Of a DNA stretch of 40,604 nt, positions 36,361 to 40,604 are shown in pieces. This DNA comes from an uncultured archaeon (GTDB lineage Archaea; Thermoplasmatota; Penumbrarchaeia; JASLWR01): the NCBI GenBank assembly GCA_964430885.1, contig CAYSHM010000024.1, positions 10,135 through 50,738 on the forward strand, written 5' to 3'. The notes beneath the pieces were generated by a model, which saw nothing but the letters and a program-made list of their open reading frames with translations, was not told the DNA's origin and did not search any database. Position 1 is the stretch's first letter. The number at the start of each line of letters is the position of its first letter. The position numbers were made by a program, and so were the translations under genes.

Positions 36361-37413
36361 TCACTCTCCCTCCATCTTAAGTTTTTTATAGAATTTGGAA
36401 TAGATCCCGTAGGTAATGGTACTCTTCCTGTTGATAATCTCTCTGACCTTGAACTCCTTCCCTCTGTTGAAGTCCTTGATTTCGTCGGTGACAGTCAGTA
36501 CGAAACCGTCGCTTCCCGCACCTGAACCGTAGGATACCGCAAAGATCCTCTGACCGGGTTGGGCAGCATCAAGGATGGATGCCAATCCTACCATTGTTGA
36601 TCCTGAATAAGTGTTGCCGATCTCCGGTACCATCAATCCTTCTTCCATCTGCTCCATGCTGAAACCAAGCATCTTTCCGGCCCTTATGGGAAATTTGCTG
36701 TTTGGCTGATGAAAAACTGCAAAATCATAATCTTTCGGAGCAGTCCCCGTCTCAGCCAGCAGTTTTTTTCCACAGGATACCACATGTTTGAAGTATGCAG
36801 GTTTTCCCGTGAATCGGCCGCCATGGCTTGGATATTTCATCTCGGCTCTCCTCCAGAAATCGGGTGTGTCAGTAGTAAATGACAAAGTATGTTCAATATC
36901 TGCGATCTTTCCCTGGGTTCCGATGATAAATGCTGCTGCTCCTGCAGCAGCAGTGTATTCAAGCATGTTTCCCGGGGCCGCCTGGGCTGTATCTGCGCCA
37001 ATGGCTATCGAATATTTCACCATTTCTGAGAGTACCAGAGCCATTGACATCTGCATTCCGGCTGTTCCGGCCTTACAGGCAAATTCTAGATCGGCACACA
37101 TGAGATCCGGGGTGGCCTCAATAGCTTCCCCCACAATGGTTCCAGTGGGTTTTACCGCATAAGGGTGTGATTCTGAACCCACATAGATAGCTCCAAGATC
37201 CTTTGGATCGATATCCGCTCTTTTAAGAGCACTTCTGGCAGCTTCAACCGCCATTGTAGCAGTGTCCTCATCGGGGCCGGGGACCGATTTCATTTTGACC
37301 CCCAGTGCCCTGCCTATGCTTTCCCCGTCCTTTCCCCATTGATGACCAATGGTTTCCGGAGTAATTCTGTACATGGGCACGTATGCTCCGTAGCTAACTA
37401 TACCAGCTTTCAT
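36361..37413 (-). CDS. mvaS: Hydroxymethylglutaryl-CoA synthase (archaeal)
   Basis: GSESHPYAVKP, DLEFACKAGT (catalytic Cys), TTDTPDFWRR, FHQPN, GNTYSG, SYGSGAGSD. Confidence 0.96.
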   Translation of the reverse strand: MKAGIVSYGAYVPMYRITPETIGHQWGKDGESIGRALGVKMKSVPGPDEDTATMAVEAARSALKRADIDPKDLGAIYVGSESHPYAVKPTGTIVGEAIEATPDLMCADLEFACKAGTAGMQMSMALVLSEMVKYSIAIGADTAQAAPGNMLEYTAAAGAAAFIIGTQGKIADIEHTLSFTTDTPDFWRRAEMKYPSHGGRFTGKPAYFKHVVSCGKKLLAETGTAPKDYDFAVFHQPNSKFPIRAGKMLGFSMEQMEEGLMVPEIGNTYSGSTMVGLASILDAAQPGQRIFAVSYGSGAGSDGFVLTVTDEIKDFNRGKEFKVREIINRKSTITYGIYSKFYKKLKMEGE

Positions 37414-37444
37414 TTTCCTTCGCTCCTTTGATTTATTTGTCAGT

Positions 37445-38143
37445 TTACGTACGTATCAGTTCATTGAATACTCTGATCATTTCATCTGTTTTCATATCCG
37501 ATGTACCCAGGACCACATCCTCAACCATTGCGATCTTTCTTGCGAGTGCATCCACTTTACTGGTCTCTAGATAAACCACTGCTGAAGGTGTCAGGGGATG
37601 AGCCCTTATGGCTACCATGGGAGACCTGCCTAGAGAAACATCTGTGAAGATTAGGCATCTTTCAGTGGACCACCCGTATACCTGGTGGTAATCCGAGGAT
37701 GAAAAGTTCAATATCGCTTTCAGGGAATCCACTATAGTGTAGCCCATGATATTTCTGGTGTTCCTGGGCTTGACCAGTATTTTTCCATTTATTATCCTGA
37801 AGAACTCCTCGATGGAAATGGAGCGTGTGAACTCATTTATTGCCAGGATGGCATCGTCCTGGTTGTCCGCAATAAAACACTTTGCGGTCGGGTAACCCCT
37901 CTGTTTGTCGATCTCGAGAAAAGCATTGATGAACATGTTGAGTGTGGAAATACCCGGTGAAGCCCTGCGCCCGCTCTCGTAATCCGACACATATGAGGGA
38001 CTCTTGCCTGTGAAATTAGCTAGTTCAGTGGAAGATATGTCGAATATTTTTCTCCACTTCTTCAGTGTCCTGTGGGGTGAAGGCGAGGTAACGATCTCGC
38101 CAGCTATCTTTTCCCTGAGCTTTTTCACAACTTCCTCCATCAT
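37445..38143 (-). CDS. XRE-type HTH transcriptional regulator typically encoded upstream of archaeal HMG-CoA synthase
   Basis: KIAGEIVTS..LKKWRKIF..SPSYVSDYESGRRASPG; GYTIVDSLKAI; YGWSTERCLIFTDVSLGRSPMVAIR. Confidence 0.92.
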   Translation of the reverse strand: MMEEVVKKLREKIAGEIVTSPSPHRTLKKWRKIFDISSTELANFTGKSPSYVSDYESGRRASPGISTLNMFINAFLEIDKQRGYPTAKCFIADNQDDAILAINEFTRSISIEEFFRIINGKILVKPRNTRNIMGYTIVDSLKAILNFSSSDYHQVYGWSTERCLIFTDVSLGRSPMVAIRAHPLTPSAVVYLETSKVDALARKIAMVEDVVLGTSDMKTDEMIRVFNELIRT

Positions 38144-38164
38144 GATGGTGAAAAAATAAATTGA

Positions 38165-38203
38165 TATTTAATATTGTCGAATTCAATTACTACGATTGTC
38201 GAA
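38165..38203 (-). promoter_or_regulatory. TATA-like box plus two ATTGTCGAA direct repeats; candidate promoter/operator of the mevalonate operon
   Basis: ATTGTCGAA (+) at 38173-38181 and 38195-38203; minus-strand ATATTAAATA 22-31 bp upstream of ATG 38143; no obvious SD (leaderless-like). Confidence 0.5.
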
Positions 38204-38380
38204 AATATGTTGGGCGTTACTGTTCGATGGAATTTTATTAGAGGTTTTGTTTGGTGAGATCAGGTGTGATATGAATTGATGCTCAATGAGAGAAAAACTC
38301 GTGCTTCGAATTTACCTCGATTTGGCTAGGGCCAACCGGACCCAAAGTATTTTATCATATCATAACCTTAAAGAAACTAC

Positions 38381-38983
38381 ATGGTCTCCTATCTGATAAT
38401 CGGTAATCTGGCGCATACTGCACCCTTCCATCTGAACGGGCTTCCCAATGCTGGGAGAATGGATATATTATGCCGTTGTGTGGGTCAGTCTCTTTTCATA
38501 TCCCACGGCATCCGCACGGATGTGGACGTATATCTTTACCTCAAGGGGGAACCTGATCCCTCGAAAATGATCTGGATTAGCGGTGGACAGGTGAGATATA
38601 TGGGACCCGATGAAAGAAATATAGGGGGGATCATCCGAAAAGCCCTTGGAATAGAACTTGATAAAGGGTTCCGAGGATACTGGGAAGAAAGCACCCCTGG
38701 AGTAAAAGTTAGCCGTGTGAACCTAGAGGGATTTCTTGGAGGAATTGAAAATCCCGTTTACCTTCTCAGGGAGGATGGAGCCGATATCAGAACTTTCGGA
38801 GAATTGCACAAGGATGCACTCTATGTTCTGGGTGATCACCAGGGTTTGGAAACTTATGATGAGGCTATAGTTCTTCATCGGGCAAAAGGGAGCATCTCTG
38901 TTTCTCCCGTCAGCCTCCAGGCAGATCAGTGCATCACCCTTATCAACAATGAATACGACCGTAACTCTGAGGATACCCATTGA
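38381..38983 (+). CDS. trmY: tRNA (pseudouridine54-N1)-methyltransferase, SPOUT family
   Basis: AGRMDILCRC..LFISHGIRTDV, GEPDP, PDERNIG, ESTPGV, LREDGADI, LGDHQG, LQADQCITLINNEYDR. Confidence 0.93.
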   Translation: MVSYLIIGNLAHTAPFHLNGLPNAGRMDILCRCVGQSLFISHGIRTDVDVYLYLKGEPDPSKMIWISGGQVRYMGPDERNIGGIIRKALGIELDKGFRGYWEESTPGVKVSRVNLEGFLGGIENPVYLLREDGADIRTFGELHKDALYVLGDHQGLETYDEAIVLHRAKGSISVSPVSLQADQCITLINNEYDRNSEDTH

Positions 38984-39086
38984 CATTGTTCATTCATGAA
39001 CTTTTTACAATAATGCGTTGTCTTATTATATGAGAAGAATCACTTATGGATGAGAAAAATATCTCTCAAAAGGATGGTGCCGCTCG

Positions 39087-40439
39087 ATGGTAATGGAAAA
39101 GTTGGGGAAGTCCCTGAGGGACACTTTGAAGAAGATAGCCGGAGCTACAATACTTGATAAAAAACTCCTGAAGGAGATTGTCAAGGAGGTTCAGAGAGCT
39201 CTCTTGAGTGCCGATGTCAGGGTGGATATAGTACTAAAATTGACAAGGGAACTGGAAAGGAGAGCTATTGAGGAAAAACCTCCAAAAGGTACCAGCGAAA
39301 GAGAACATGTTATTCGTATTATATATGAAGAACTTATAAATATATTGGGCGGTGCAAGGGATCTATCACTCAAGAAACACAAGATCATGATGATAGGTCT
39401 TTACGGTCAGGGTAAGACCACGACAATAGGAAAGATGTCACGCTATCTTTCCAAGAAGGGATTGAGCGTTGGGGTTGTTGCAGCTGATGTTCACAGGCCA
39501 GCAGCCTACGATCAGTTATCCCAGCTTGCCGAACAGGCAAAGGTTCCAATATACGGAGAGCCCGGAAACAAAGATGCTGTGGGTATTGCCAAGAGAGGGG
39601 TTAAGAAGTTCGAGAAAAAGGATGTGGTCATAATTGATACATCCGGCCGTCATTCCCTTGAAGATGATCTCATAGAGGAGATGGGTCAGATATATAAGGT
39701 CACAAAGGCCGATGAGCGTTTCCTTGTAATGGATGCGGCTGTTGGCCAGCAGGCGGGCCCCCAGGCCCAGGCATTTCATGACAAGGTGCAAGTCACTGGA
39801 GTGATAATGACTAAGCTGGATGGAACCGCCAAGGGCGGTGGTGCCATATCAGCTGTTTCCGTGACCAAAGCTCCAATAGTCTTTATCGGTACCGGAGAAC
39901 ATATGGATGATCTAGAATCATTCGATCCCCCTAGGTTTATATCCCGGCTTCTGGGGATGGGCGATATCCAAACACTTCTGGAAAAGGCCCAGGAGGTTAT
40001 GGATGAAGAAACCGCAGAGAAGAACGCCAAGAAGCTTATTAGCGGGAAATTCACACTCAAGGATATGTACGAACAGATATCAATGCTTAACAAGATGGGT
40101 CCCCTGAAGAAGCTGATGAGCATGCTTCCAGGCGGAATGGGTATGCCCAATATGGGTGACATGTCGGACACGGCATTAATGGGTGCCAAGGACAATATGA
40201 ACAGGTTCAAGATAATCATGGATTCCATGACCGAAGAGGAGATGATGAATCCCGGAATTATCAAATACTCCCGATTGAACAGGATAGCGAGAGGTGCAGG
40301 TGTAAGTCTGCAGGATGTCAGAGGATTATTGAAGTATTACAAGATGTCCAAAAAGGCAATGAAGGGACTGACATCCGACAGAAAAATGAGGAAACGGATG
40401 ATGAAGCAGTTCAAGAAGGGAAATATACCCGGTGCCTGA
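39087..40439 (+). CDS. srp54: Signal recognition particle 54-kDa protein
   Basis: GLYGQGKTTT P-loop, DVHRPAAYDQL, DTSGRH, TKLDGTAKGGG, FIGTGE, RLLGMGD, Met-rich M domain with RIARGAG. Confidence 0.98.
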   Translation: MVMEKLGKSLRDTLKKIAGATILDKKLLKEIVKEVQRALLSADVRVDIVLKLTRELERRAIEEKPPKGTSEREHVIRIIYEELINILGGARDLSLKKHKIMMIGLYGQGKTTTIGKMSRYLSKKGLSVGVVAADVHRPAAYDQLSQLAEQAKVPIYGEPGNKDAVGIAKRGVKKFEKKDVVIIDTSGRHSLEDDLIEEMGQIYKVTKADERFLVMDAAVGQQAGPQAQAFHDKVQVTGVIMTKLDGTAKGGGAISAVSVTKAPIVFIGTGEHMDDLESFDPPRFISRLLGMGDIQTLLEKAQEVMDEETAEKNAKKLISGKFTLKDMYEQISMLNKMGPLKKLMSMLPGGMGMPNMGDMSDTALMGAKDNMNRFKIIMDSMTEEEMMNPGIIKYSRLNRIARGAGVSLQDVRGLLKYYKMSKKAMKGLTSDRKMRKRMMKQFKKGNIPGA

Positions 40440-40604
40440 TCCTATCTTGGTTCCACATTAATACCTAATAGCAATTCATTACGATAATGATATAAGGTTC
40501 GTTCTTCCGGACCTAAATTTATACTTGCAGGCTGAATGATGAATACTTTTGAGCCCGCCTGAGTAATCCAATATCAAACCCCTGCTCATCCCTCCCCGCC
40601 TATT

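Noticed and set aside
34793-37413. PhlABC-like secondary-metabolite acyltransferase cluster
   Set aside because: Order with the HTH regulator and an intact archaeal HMG-CoA synthase fits the mevalonate operon; no polyketide synthase present
40440-40604. SRP RNA or the 3' end of a minus-strand gene after srp54
   Set aside because: No GC-rich SRP-like structure; a short open minus frame runs off the edge but is too short to call

Overview
Archaeal chromosomal window (fibrillarin, TrmY, SRP54, and the archaeal HTH-HMG-CoA synthase-thiolase-DUF35 operon). Gene content and protein style suggest an uncultured Thermoplasmatota; this is inference. The right ~7.3 kb is housekeeping. The left ~32 kb is a cell-envelope region with several very large single-pass membrane proteins (1021, 1568, 1910, 1465, 737 aa) built from beta-helix, PKD/Ig, LamG, DUF2341-like, phage tail-collar-like and Asp-box propeller modules. 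It also holds an OFA-family MFS transporter, an MMPL/RND transporter, an AbrB regulator and two pilin-like genes. Main signals: (1) two receptor-like proteins carry cytoplasmic C4HC3 zinc fingers with identical spacing (RING-CH/PHD-like; three copies in total), one of them next to a longin/roadblock-like domain, suggesting an undescribed transmembrane signalling or RING-receptor family; (2) their ectodomains appear to be built by nested domain insertion, including three phage tail-collar-like HxH repeats inside a split LamG domain; (3) the mevalonate-operon thiolase has three conserved active-site motifs substituted (Cys->Ser, HDC->HDA, GHP->GNP) while the HMG-CoA synthase looks intact; (4) the MFS transporter has a ~130-aa soluble domain inserted after TM1. 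No RNA genes, CRISPR arrays or mobile elements were recognised. All domain calls are by-eye motif recognition, not database searches.
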